In this document: positions 1 to 13,197 of the stretch, piece after piece
Layout: the number at the start of each line of letters is the position of its first letter
Position numbering within the stretch: position 1 is the first letter of the stretch
Source of the DNA: Chrysomallon squamiferum
Taxonomy: Eukaryota; Animalia; Mollusca
NCBI GenBank assembly: GCA_012295275.1
Contig: CM022672.1
Location: 1,116,001 to 1,180,000 of the forward strand
DNA: 64,000 nt
Reading direction: 5' to 3'
Position numbers and translations under genes: made by a program
The notes under the pieces: generated by a model
Database searches by the model: none
Told to the model about the DNA's origin: nothing
The model's input: the letters and a program-made list of their open reading frames with translations, nothing else

Positions 1-339
1 ACCAGACATAATTATAATAGTATTAATACATTATACAGTAAGATATAGCGTAAGTAATGCCTCATTCTTTACATTAATGATAAAACATTTATATTTATCT
101 GAATTTATGCACCATATCTTTAAGATTATCCCTTTTTTTTTTATAAATATGTGACGCGATGATCATCAAAATAATGAAAACCTTAAATTAAATATGAAAC
201 CGAATCTTGATCTATTACCTGTAACAGTGTAAGAAAAACTCAAATTAATAACGGTTTCTTTAAAAATATTTACCCATTATTTAACTTTCTTTTCATTATT
301 TGACATACATATCAAACTATAAATTATACTGTTTTTCTT

Positions 340-930
340 TATTACGTCCTTATTTGAATACGTTTTAGAAAATATCTCTTAGGTGTCTTCTACCGCCATA
401 TTGGTTGGTGTTTTTAATTTCCTCCGTAAAACTTCTTCAAATACTAAGCACCGAGGTTGAAATCACCAATGTCCAGTTTTTTGTTAAACGTTACTGCTTC
501 TAGCAATTACAGTACTTTTAATAACAGTTCTACTATTATTTTGGAACGCATTAGAAAGTAATAAATATTTACAGAACAATCACTTAAGCCAGTTAATATT
601 TGTAAAAAGTCAGCGATGTAGTTATGAAAGTTGATTTGATTAGATTAGCCAATGAAATTAATGGGGAAAAAAGCAGTTTTATACAGGTATCGAAACATTT
701 ATCCGAGAAGCTTGAGGCAGGAGATAGTCTGGATTTTTGGGGTACAGGCTAAATATTTACTTAAAATATGAAATAAAGAATGAAATGAAACAACTACTGA
801 GTTACAAATTAAAACACTTCTAAACTAAAACAGGTTCGGTACTTGTATCGGGGTTATAAAAACCACCGAAACAAGGACAGACATAAAGCCAAGATATTAA
901 CGTGATATGCTCAGTGTGATGCGTTAGATT
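340..930. promoter_or_regulatory. Possible CpG-retaining promoter region of a neighbouring gene
   Basis: CpG dinucleotides are present here but scarce from about 950 onward. A YY1-like CCGCCATATTGG lies at 393-404 (minus: CCAATATGGCGG). No recognisable CDS. Confidence 0.3.
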
Positions 931-1616
931 GCATATAAACATTTCACCATGTTTTTTTCTGCAGATTTTGTGTGTGTGTGTTCTAGCCAAGACAACTGCT
1001 AATGACTGATTAAATCGGAAGAAAGAGGGCTAGTACAAATTGCAGTAACATGTAATCAGTAGCATCTGCATAGCATAGCATAACGTTCTTTAAAAGAATC
1101 TTGATTTTTTTCAATCATAAATATTTTAAATATTTAATGGTTAAAAAGTTAGAAAGATGCTATGATGTATGTGTGTGTACGTGGCCAGGTGCACAAAGCA
1201 CCCTGATACAAAATCTTAAGTTCGATCTTGATTACATCATTAATTTCTCTGCCTGATTGTACAACATGATAAACAATAATAGTATAACATTATAAATGAT
1301 AATACTATGGTTATATTGCAGAGAATTGGCCCAAATGTCTATCTCCCTTACCAGATATTCACTCTTCTCTCTTGAACCCTCTTTACCACAGTCACACAGA
1401 TAACATGTCACACTCCTGACCAATACAGGCAGACCATTACTGTCATGGCTTCCTTAAGATAGCCCCACTGACAGTGTTTACCATATATTAATGTCCCAAG
1501 TACTTTAAGTCTAAACATGGAGAAATAAACCTCAGACATGTTAATGGTGTCTATGTATCTTTAGATTATATTTGGTGATTTTAGTTGAGTCCCTCACTTA
1601 TATGTTACAGTCAATA

Positions 1617-3638
1617 TGTCAAAATAGTCATTTGGCCTAATGACTAAAATTTCCAGAAATTAGGTCAAATGACTCGAAGAGACCTCTAGTCATTAGGCAA
1701 AATGACTGAATGAAAAAGAATGATTTGCAATTAACTGAAAATATTTATTTCTAAATATATCAACTAGTGTTCTATTTATTACAGCAGTTCAAACGAGTGA
1801 TATCTTGAACTGCACAACAGGCTTTCTTGAAACATTTACGTTTTGTTTGACACTTCTTTGTCCCCCTTACAATTACATTTCACAAGACCTTCTCCTGCAG
1901 ATGACTCCTTTGACACTGCTGCTCCAAGAGACATAGTGCATTCTCTGTTTACATCATCCAACAATAGCAGTCTCTGGGGACACACATCAAACTGGTTTGT
2001 GTAATATTAGTCTTTCAACAATCTGGACGGGCTTGCTGTGCTATACTGAGAATACAGAACTTGGTCAAATGGTCCTGGTAAACCATGATCCAGTTGTACT
2101 TTCCACTGGGTAAGAACTGGATGTCAACAAAATCCACTTGGTCACATGACAAAAACACCTTGGTCAGTATGGATTGGACCATTACTCCTTTGGTTGTTGG
2201 CCTCTTGCATTTCTGTTGATAGTCCATGCATAGCGACTTGAACAATTCGATAGCTTTACATGTTACATTAACATATTTCTTGAATAGTTCTTTCAGAATC
2301 CAGTCATGTCCACAATGGCCTGTTGAGATGTGTGCCCACTTGATGATGTCAATGATGTCTTCAGTGGAAATGTAGACCGGAGGTGTGTCTTCATCTGTCT
2401 GGTGCTTCTTGGTCAGTTTCTTCGCACTGAAGAATTTCAAACTTGGACATGAGGTAGTAAGTACTCATGGTAGGTTTTCTTCCTGGTGTCAACAGAGATC
2501 TTCTTGAGCGGGTCCATAATCAAGAACTACTCTTCCTTTGGAATGTTCACTCTTTTGCATGCTTTATACTTCTTAAACAGTTCTCTTAAAGCGATCTTCT
2601 ACAGGAACTTGTATGGAGGACACATAAGTGATCTGTATGTGATCAGGAGCTATGGTATTTTATACCACTTATCAACATTGATCAATGAAGCCAGTGCCCA
2701 ATACTAATAAATGTGTTTTTTAAGGATTAAACATGACCTTGAAATCTGGATAGGTAAATTAAAATCATTGGTCTTTGATGAAACAATAACACTACCACTA
2801 ACCCCTACCATCTAACTGGTCTTTGATGTAAGAATAACAAAACAATAAGGCAATATAAGCCCTGAAGAAGAGTGTAAATAACATGTCTTTAAATTATATT
2901 TCTCTTCTGTCACTGTTTGATACATATGTAAGTAGTGTTCTGTTTCATGGTACTGAGATATAGAGTTTTCAAAACGCAGATGTTATTGAGAAAATTCACT
3001 TAGATTTTTGTAAACATATTTTAAATGTTAAAGGGTCAACCACAAATATTATGGTCTATTTTCCCATTAGTTTATGAGCGTACGTATTGAATGATTAAAT
3101 ATTGCTTCAAATTAATTAGTACAAAAAAATGTATTTTATATTATAGAATTTTTTTTTTATTAGGAAAACTTTATATGAATTGGGATTGGGATACATATGG
3201 ATAGAGTAGGACCAGATTAATGAAAATATGTATATTATGTAACAGTGGTGAGATTGAAGATGAAATTGAAAATAAGAAATCACTGTGCAGTTTGTGAAAA
3301 TATTTGTTTAAAGGATTTCAATGTAGAACAATTTATTCTCCAAAGTTTTTTTTCTTTTTTTTATCATACTGTCATTACTTGTATTTTTTATTACTGACAT
3401 TATATAGCGATAAGCTTACAATAATAAAGAATTGAACTGAACCACTAATCCCTACAATGAACAGATGTAAGCAAAGCAATAAACCTATTTGACTATCAGG
3501 CAGGATGTCAAACAACACCAATCAAATTTCTGTCGGCCTAATTCCTGGAAATTTTAGTCATCAGGCCTAATGTCTGACGGTCTTGGGCATTAGGCTAAAT
3601 GCCTAAACGTTTCAGGCACTAGGCCAAATGTATATACA
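1617..3638 (-). mobile_element. Degenerate Ginger-type (gypsy-integrase-like, KRBA2/SCAND3-related) DNA transposon with terminal inverted repeats
   Basis: Left GGCCTAATGACTAAAATTTCCAGAAATTAGG (from 1634) is inverted relative to right CCTAATTCCTGGAAATTTTAGTCATCAGGCC (ending 3567). The right end terminates in ...TATACA (3638), matching a TGT...ACA terminus. A transposase pseudogene lies inside. Confidence 0.75.
1772..2625 (-). pseudogene. KRBA2/SCAND3-like integrase (transposase) pseudogene, internally deleted
   Basis: Zinc-binding segment AHISTGHCGHD...IELFKSLC, then QVDFVDIQ...YNWIMVYQDHLTKFCIL (first catalytic Asp region). The rest of the DDE core is missing. A Cys-rich tail NQFDVCPQ...KCNCKGTKKC...CCNK* ends at 1772. 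Stops and frameshifts are present. Confidence 0.85.
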
Positions 3639-3712
3639 TGTGTGTATTAAAAACAAGTGATTAGTTTATTTTTAATTCAGCATATGAGCACAATTTCTTA
3701 GAGTACGGTAAC

Positions 3713-4054
3713 AAAGGAGAATTGTAAGCTGGCAGCCATGTTTCACTTTTGGATCTGAGAGGTTTGTCCATGTGCTAGCTATTTCTAAATTTAGCAATCA
3801 GAGCATGAAGTGTGATGTAGGCACACCTATAATTTATGCAAGCCCTATTGCAGTGTTCTCTGTTAGAAATGTTGTGTATAAATTTATGCAGTTTGAAAAG
3901 TGTAATATTAATGACAAAAGAAAAAACATCTGTGGGTACATCAGCTTAGACAGCAAATCAGAATTAACAGAAAAATTGTCATAATTTTGTTTTATTTATA
4001 TAAAATAAGTTACTCAATAAATATTAGAACTAAGAAACATTGTATGTCTCCTTT
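3713..4054. mobile_element. Possible decayed Kolobok-type MITE
   Basis: Short inverted ends AAAGGAGA (3713-3720) and TCTCCTTT (4047-4054) resemble TTAA|AGG...CCT|TTAA elements. The TTAA target duplication is degraded. Confidence 0.3.
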
Positions 4055-6259
4055 ATATTAGAGTATAGAACAAATATATATTTCTGAATAAATTAGGATA
4101 GTCATTAAAAATGTCCATTTACCACATGCCCTTCTAGCCTAATTTACTCCTAAAATAGTTTACTATAGAAAAACACTACTATAAAGTAATAAAAATATGA
4201 TATCTGCAGGAATAAAAAAAAATAAAAAAAAGAAATGAAAAGAATCTGTAGTGAATTTTATTCTAGATAAATAAATAATAGGTGCATTCTTGAAATATGC
4301 TGTTTGTTTACTAACTGCCTTTAAGTATGGTAATAAGGCTTTTTATTTTAAATTACAAACTGTATGTTAAAATAGTTTTAATAGCCAATTGTCTTAGCAA
4401 AATTAATACCAGATTACTGATCTGTTTTAATATCTATTAATTTTATTAAAAACATTAAAATAAAAAAATAAAAATTGAACAATTTAATGAGCTTATATTT
4501 ATTGAAAGAAAAAACAAAAAGTGTAAAATATTTAAAATTTCAAATAATATTGCAGTGCCACATATTTTTAATATTTCCAATACTGTTCACTGATACTGAT
4601 TTAATCAGAAACAAAAGTCACATTATGGTAATTGTTTTTATGATTTATTTTAAATATATGGAAAAAACAACATTCTTTACCACAGTGGCCAATTAGAAAA
4701 AAACGAAAAAAAAAAAAAAACAGAACAAATAACAAGACCTTTCCCAAATCCTAAACTATATAAATTAAGTGGTGCTGCAGTTAAGTTTTCAACTTCAGAT
4801 ATGATCAATGTTCCATTCTGTACCTTTTGAGGCAATTCCCGTTCCAGTCAGTCCACCATAATTTATTTTATTTTCATTTGCCATTTGTCCATGTTCCTGT
4901 TTATGGCAAGGTTAATGTAAAACATATCTTGTTATTAAATGGTATGATTAGGTTGTGTACTTCACAGATGGTTTAGTATCTCATTTCTTTTTATGAACAA
5001 AAAACAGGCATGACACCTTAACTTTCAAAAGGTGAGATATACATAAATATTTTGATGAAAACCAGTAACATAATATAAATTATATAAAATAATATTGTTA
5101 TCAGAAATTTGTTTTTAAAATTCGTATTTTATTTTTTAAGTAAATTGTACCAATTGAAATGAATAATATATAGTAAGTAAATCAAACAACAAAACACATG
5201 TATGTGAAGAAGCAAAATAATATTTTTATTCTTGTTTGGTGCATTGTATTTTGGAAGTGGTTGTAACAGGTATTTTATTTTTAATAAAATGAAAAGCTGA
5301 TTAACAATGTAACATATGAAAACACATACCAGAGTACAATAAAACAAAAACAAACAAAAATAACAGTACAAAATTAACAGCAGCTTTCAAGGCATAGTCA
5401 ATAAATTTACAATCTGTTATAGAATTGCTGTGATATTTCAGTATGGGAAACAGACAAAAGTTTTCAGTATAGAAAATAAATTATTTTAATAAATGTCTTT
5501 AGAAATTACTAAAATCAAAATTTGTAATCAATACTGATATATATATATATATATATATATATGTAGAAAAAAGAAAAGAAAGAAATTGACTAATACAGTA
5601 GTAAAGTTTAAGGCAATGCATATGAATGAATATAAAAGAAAGGTATTTTTCTGTCTTGTTTTTACCAGTTGTAAATATTTTGACTATCCACTGTACGAAC
5701 GTACATTAAAATAAAATTAATGTTACAACTGTGGTGCTTGTACAAGAATATACAAGGACATTATTTAAAACTATATGATGCCAGACATGCACTTTTGCAT
5801 AGATAAATATTATGACTTTTTTAAAGATTATATAATAATGATATACAAGTGGTAAACATGAAGAATAAATAGTGTATTATTAAATATCAAACAGACAAAA
5901 CGTGGACATGCATTTTAATGTTTTTGTTGTTTTTTCCACTACAGTATAGTCACAATTAAGATTTTTTTTTTTCTTTTTTTAAGCACCTGTATAAGACTAG
6001 GCTTTTCATTGGTTTAAATTAGAACTTCACTAGTAATGAATACTAAAATAAATACAATTACTATTATCAGTTTTCACACCAATATCAGTATGACATGTAA
6101 AAGCTAAAACTAAAAAGCTTAGGCTAATCATATTTTATTCACATGCTCCAGAGTTGCTCTTCTTTGAACAGAAATTTTACAGAGGCAAAATATATATAAA
6201 AAAAAAAAAAAGGTTTACTCATCTACAAACTGCTACCCCAAACACACCCATCCATTCAT

Positions 6260-6670
6260 CTTAATCCTGGAATGAAAGTCATAATCCCTGAATGTCAACA
6301 CTTGTATCATGTTCCCCTGACATCAAAATGCCCTAATTACACAGATTTTATCATTCTAATAGTTCTTAGTTGTCAGTATACAAGGGATGTATGTATGTTA
6401 ATTTTCCAGTCAAATAAATACCCTTGAATTACCAGGATTCAGAGAGGTTAATATTTCATATCCTGTAACATTAAAGACTGTGTATGGTAGCATTCTATGG
6501 AAATCAATATCCTTGGATGACAGGAATTTTATCATGTTTTATCACATCCTGAATTTAAAAAAAGATTTTACTGTTAAAATTCCTTGGAATTAAAAGTCCT
6601 CGATTTAAAGGATTGTGTATGCTAATATAACATCAAAATCAATATCCTTGGAATTACCAGGATCACATCA
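6260..6670. repeat. Degenerate tandem repeat (ATCCTTGGAATTACCAGGAT-like motif)
   Basis: AAATCAATATCCTTGGA at 6501 and 6636, GAATTACCAGGAT at 6426 and 6651, with weaker copies near 6264 and 6580. Confidence 0.55.
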
Positions 6671-7769
6671 CAATAATATTCCTTTAAATTTAGTATTCAC
6701 TGAATTACAAAGTCTAATGTTATTAATTCACCTTCAAATAATTATATTATGCAATTCAAAAGATTCATTAAAAAGAACAAAAAAAGGAGATCTGACTAGT
6801 GTTAATTCTTATAGCAAAGGTAATGGCTGAAACTTTATTATATTTTTCCTTACTATAAATAAGAAATGAAATACTGACACTTCACCCTAGTAACAGCGAA
6901 ATGTTTTGTTTTTAAAATATGTAATAGCAAGGAAAATTCATTAGTTCACTGTGCACAAAACATAAAGTATTAAAACTCATCAACTCACAATTTCTTAAGA
7001 AGTTAAATTTTTGTTTTAATTTCTAATTATAATAACTGTTTAGTATTTATTTACCTGAGGGCAAATATCTATTATTATATCTTTATGAACTTTCACTGTC
7101 TTTGAAATGTAATAGTTGTCTAATGTATAAAAAGCCATGCTGATAAAACTGAAAGATACAGTTATACAAATAATATAATCTGAAGATTAATTATATGCAT
7201 TCTGATTTGGAGTTCCATTTCAACATGCAATTTTCATGAAGGCAGTCAAAAACAAAATAAGTAAAAAAATAAATTGAAATAATAAAAAAGAAAAGATACT
7301 AAAGAACAGAGGGCCAAGTCAAAATTAAATATAAGGGCAAATGAGGAAGTTATATATTCAATCAGCAGCAGCAACTGAATAATTTTTTTTTATAAAAATT
7401 AAAATAAAATAATAGCTTTAATGTGGATTTCTAAATTACCACTATTCACCATTATTTTTGCACACGCATGCACACACACATTCTGAGAGCAAATAATCTT
7501 TTCAAACTAATTCTGAAGCATGTTAGTGACACTGCAGCTGCTTAAACAAAATGCAGGCTGAGGCTTTGTTTAAATAGGAATATGAGGTGACAATGTACAT
7601 GAAAAAAATATTAAAAAAAAAGTTTTAATCCTTTTCAGTCTTGTTGTTTAATATGATAGTATCTTCTATCAAGTGTGATATTTTACCCAACATAGTATCA
7701 CAAGTTCAGTGATAATCGTAACAAATTCCAAATAAAGTTCTTCTGACACAGAACTGTCCATGTGTATCA

Positions 7770-8140
7770 GCAGGGGCCATTTCTGAGATTTCACTAACCA
7801 CTTTCTAACAACCACTGTGGAACAATTACAAACATGACTGTTAACCTTGTGGCACAATTCACTGATCATCTTCATCATTTCAAACTACTTTGTAACATAG
7901 AGATATGTGGAAGTTTACCAAAAGTGGCCATTTTTTCCAATTGTTAGCTTTATTCATGTTCGTAAAACCTAAAGCAGCCATTTTGGTTTAAATTTAAGAG
8001 ATATTCCAATACAGTAGGAACCAAGCAGTCATTACCGTCCATGTTTCAGGATTATTCTGTTACCGTACAAAAACAACAAAGTGACCATTTTGGTCAATAT
8101 TTCAGATTTGGAGCTGTTAAAGTAAAAGTAGCCATTACAG
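7770..8140. repeat. Periodic AAAGYRGCCATTTT motif cluster (about 50-bp spacing) in the putative EXOC6 3' UTR
   Basis: Copies at about 7772, 7921, 7971, 8022, 8078 and 8124. Confidence 0.55.
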
Positions 8141-8422
8141 CCCATGACCAAGGTGTATTCAGGTTCAGAAATAAAAATGCTCCATGCTCATGTTAGCCAA
8201 AGCAGGTGAAGCAAACAGGTTACATAACACAAAGGTGGACGACCAACGATAAAAAGGATGGACTGACTGACTGTTCCAAGTTATCGTTTCTGAAAGGTTC
8301 AAACATAAGGTGGAGTTGAACTCAAAACATTTCAGTGTCTTCTGCCTGAAACAGAAAAACACACCAAATTCATCACAGCTTGCTACTCCTTGAGGACATT
8401 TCACAGATCTTAAACACACTGT

Positions 8423-8561
8423 CTAGATTAACTGTGTCACTGTTCCATTCTCTAGACCTCTCAACTGTTTCAAAACTGTTTCAACCAGTCGTTTCTTATC
8501 TCTCTCATTCTTCTTTAATGAAGCAAACAGATTGTTCTTCTTCTTATCACCATTGTTCAGT
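8423..8561 (-). CDS. EXOC6: EXOC6 terminal coding exon 23
   Basis: LNNGDKKKNNLFASLKKNERDKKRLVETVLKQLRGLENGTVTQLI* (TAG at 8423-8425). Confidence 0.94.
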
Positions 8562-11500
8562 CTGAAAAATAATAAAAATAAAATTCAAAAATGTGTCTGA
8601 GGCTTGAACATTGACCTGAAGAATGTTAAGACAGAGAATCAGTGTTTGATACAATTCTTCTGCTCAGTTTATAACCAAGCAAGTGCTCTGAGATGTAGGC
8701 AATATGTATTTTTCTATATGTCACTGAGAAATTACTACCAATGTGCTGATAATGGAAAAATACATTTCTATAATATTTTGACAATAACAGCATTATTTTT
8801 TTTTTATGCTACAATAAACCATTTTCAAAATACTGAAAACCTTTCATCATTAAAAGATTATAGAGAACTGAACTCTGTGATGGCCTTGGATGCAAGAATG
8901 TTAATAAAATACGTAAATATTATTAAAGTTTGTTCTCAATGAAAAAAATGCACCAACCACAACAAAAATATCACTGAGACAAAATTAACCAATACTGAAA
9001 GGCAATTCAGCAAAAATCACATCCTTTAATACTAAACTTTTCTCAGTAACAAAAATAACTGAAGGTGGCGAGGCAGGGTACAAACTGAACAGAGATACAT
9101 ACTTCTCTAACAGACTGATTGCAGTGTGTCGTGGAACTCGTAGGTATTTTGACTGCTGTTTGCCATAGTCTGCTAGATACACTGACCAGTCCCAGTTGAT
9201 AAACAGATCTATCAGCTGTAGTTTAAAAATAAATAAATATATAAATAATTAATAAAAATTAGATTTTTTTTATTCATTTATCAGCAGAATTGAAAATCTT
9301 TTTGTTATAAATACAGTGAAAAAAAAAAAAAAGAAAAAGAAAAAAGAAAAAAGTATACTTTAGCTATTATTTGACATTAAAATCTTGAAGATTATAAATA
9401 ATATTGAAAAATAATTTTAATCTTCTTTTTACAGATTATAAAACTATTTACATCAACAGCAGCTTCTTTTTATAAACATTTTCAGTGATTATAGTGAAAC
9501 TTGTTATTTTATTTCTATAAGCACAAATAAAAACTGCTAAAATATGGCAAATTATGTATCAATTATTTAACAGCTAATGTTTAGGCCTCATTTAAAAAAA
9601 AAAAAAAAAAAAAGAAAAGAAAAAAATGATTGGAACATTAGTGCAAATATGACAGATCTGCATAAAAATCACAAGCATCTTTAGGAAATGCTCACTATGC
9701 TTCTTAACTATGTGTCTAACTATTTGCAGTCTTAAAAAAATGAAAAACATAAATTCTGACCTGACGCAAATCAGCAAATGCCAATTGCAGTGTTCCATCT
9801 TTAGACCCAGGCACTGTTTCTGATGCAGCAAATTCTGTTTAAAAAAAGAAAAGATTATTATTGAAATCGGTGGAAAAACAACTATTTTTTTAAAATTAAC
9901 AGTTTTTATTTTTCTACAGATCTAGGCATAACTAGATGTATGTTCAAAGATATATATGTCTGTATGCACTGTTACGTGTTTGAATGACTTACGCTCGCAC
10001 TGGATAAGGTCAAGGTTGAACTGCTGCAAAGAAGCCATTGTTATCTGACGAATTTCGTTGTCCTGCAGGAAAGTCATCATGGTTGCAGCTATGTGCTGGC
10101 ACGCCGACATGCACGCTGTCCTTGCCACCTTCTCCTGTTACAAACAAATACACATGACAGAAACACCACGTCAGCATTAGAAATTAACAGATAACAGTAA
10201 AATAAATAAAATAAAATAAATTTTTAAAAATAAACTAAGTAAAGTTAAGTCAAAAAAAGGAAAAAAAAAAAGAAAGAAAAACTGGTGTTATAGTAATATC
10301 TGAAAATGGTTTAAAACTAAAAATTCAAAGTAATTCTGTTTAATACATATACATGAATGTTCTGTTTTTCAGTGTATTAGACAGTAAAATGTGGTCTCTA
10401 TCAAAAGAGCAATAACAGCACTTCATGTCTAGACTTATATATAATTTACAATGTGTATTTTGGAAATATAACAACATATTATTGTTTGTCACCAAATAAA
10501 TACAACCAATCATAAATGTTTACCCTACAAATAACTAGAGTATCCTTAATTGTGTACCATCATAATAGTTCTGCAAGTAAGGATACTCCAAACATTTAAA
10601 ATAGTATGATCCCCCATCCCTAAAATCTCATTTGTTGTTCCATTAAACATGTTATTACTTAATCAATTAACTTTCATTATTTATATATAGGGAATTGTCT
10701 TTTACTAGTTAATAATGTGAACCAATAAAAAAACAAAAAAAAAAACTAAAAATAGTACAATAATTAATTGTTTGGCAAAATGAAACTAATAATAAATAAA
10801 TAAAATTCTATTTCTTGCAAGTGCAACCTATTTCTTGGTTTGTACCAAGTGCAGGGTTAGTATGAAGGTTGATAAAATTATAGTTTATATATAGACACAC
10901 ACACACACACACACACGCATGCACACACACACACACACACACGATGAACTCTGACTGACAGATGAACTTATACTTAATGACAGGCTCAAGAGCATATCTG
11001 TTAGTAAATGAAAAATTGAGTAAGACAAATAAAAAAAAAAAATAAAAAAAAAAAAAAAAAAAAAAATAAATAAAAAAATAAATAAATAAATAAATAAATA
11101 AATAAAAAAAAAAAAAAATTGAATCTGGTTATTCAAGATGCATTTGATTTTGGGTTTGGATGCTGGGATAGTGAACAACTTTTTGATGTTGGTTAAAGTT
11201 TATTTTACACTGTGCCAGACAGACATGTACATACCTTTTCACCTTCAAATTCACCAGTAAGATACTAAAGCAAATTTAAAATTCACTAATAAAGAAGACA
11301 GCAACAACAAACAACAACAATGTAATAAGTTTAGAAATAATGTTTATGTGTGTGTGAAATGAAATCATTGTTCTCAGTATAGATTAAAATATAACAAAAA
11401 GATTAACAAATAAGTGTAGTAAAAATAGCAGAACAAAAAACAACAACAAACACAAATTAAGCAGAAGCAGTGAAAGTCACAGACTGAACCCCTGCAATTA

Positions 11501-13126
11501 GCACTGCCAATGGAAGAGCCATTAATTCCAAAACCCTTTTTAATTAGTTTTTATAATATAAAATCTATTTATTGCATATCTTTTACATTATATGGTAAAA
11601 TGTCAATATTTTTTAATTCAATTTTTCATCATTATCATCATTTTTTTATGCCACAGTCTCTGACTTAATTGCAGGAGTTGGAGGCTGAAAGAATAAAGTG
11701 CCTTTTTGTTAAACAAGGAATCATGTGTCTTCAGTTTTTTTAAAAATGTGAATTTTTTTTTGGTTGGGGTGAGGGATAAAACCAGCAGATCTTTTTAAAG
11801 CTGTTGTCTTATAAAGTTAACATTATTTCTGCTTGCTATACAAAAAAATTTATTATGTTCACTTTATAAAATCAGTGATTCTACTCTGAATTCCAGAATA
11901 AACAACATAATAACCAATCATGACAACACCTCAAGTACAGTGAAACACAATTTCAAACTAACAGAAGAGTTAGTAATAAACCACAATCCCATTATGAAAT
12001 TCAGCAGTAAAAATAATTTTAGCACAAGTTCAACCTGCCCATATTAGTTTTATATTTTGTTATGTGAAAATTTTGTTTAGCAGTGTTAAAATATAAAGCA
12101 GCAAGGCAGCACTTACCGGGAGGTTAGTGAAAGACATGAAGGTACTCTGAAGAAAGGCTATCAGATCCATAATGTAACCACTGGGATGACCATGTGTTTC
12201 TAACAACATCCAGTCATAATTAGCTGTTAATAAATAAATAAAAAGGAAATTGATTTTATATAACTTTGATTAAAAATTAAAGTATGTACCTAGAATGATT
12301 GGAATACTGCAAGTCTTGTGGTTTTTTTTCCAAATTGTTTCTTAACTGCAGGAACTGGAGGTTAGAATAATAAAATATTTTTTCATTTTTTGAAGGAAAA
12401 TTATGTTTTGTTAGAAGAACAATAAAGGTCTTCAGGTTTTGAAACACAGGCATAAATTTTACATCAATTTATAAAATACTAGGCCAATATATGGTGAATG
12501 AATAAGTCATTTAGGATAATTAAAAATGCTGAGATGATATTTTGATATTTTAATAAATAAAATAATTCATTTTCAGCCATAAGCAGACAATATCTATACA
12601 AACTTAAAAACTGGAAGCTTTTGCCAAAAATAATTTAATTCTAAATTTAAGATAATGTTGAACCTTTGTAATAAAAAATTAACATGTCTGTGTTAATACA
12701 GAAAACATATTTTAAATGGCTTTGTTTATGTATGCTCAGTACCACATTTGGTGCAGCTTTTAGAGAAATAAATATTTTCTCTTGTCCAGTCAACTTCACC
12801 AAAATGAACTCTGAATTAGCGTAATTATACACTGTTAAAAATCCCCACAGATAATGAGACGCAATGTTCCATGTGCTGGACTACTCTTTTTCAGTTAGCA
12901 ACAAGAAATCTATTTTATATGCCCCATCCCACAGACATCAAAGCATACACAATGGTCATTCATAAACAAATTATTTTGGGTCATAATCTCTGTAATGTAT
13001 TTAAAATACAGTTCCTACTGATCTAGGTCATTTCAGCATACTCACCAAGTTCAAGGAATTCATCTATTTTATTGTTCAAAGACTGGTAGATATGCTGTTC
13101 TGCATCATCTCTCGCATCCTGTACAC

Positions 13127-13197
<71 letters not shown>

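Noticed and set aside
624-752. 42-aa ORF MKVDLIRLANEINGEKSSFIQ... with an internal CAG|GTATCG donor
   Set aside because: No recognisable homology and no in-frame downstream exon was found.
2450-2462. TGAGGTAGTA, identical to the let-7 5' end
   Set aside because: Only 10 nt match and it lies inside the transposase pseudogene.
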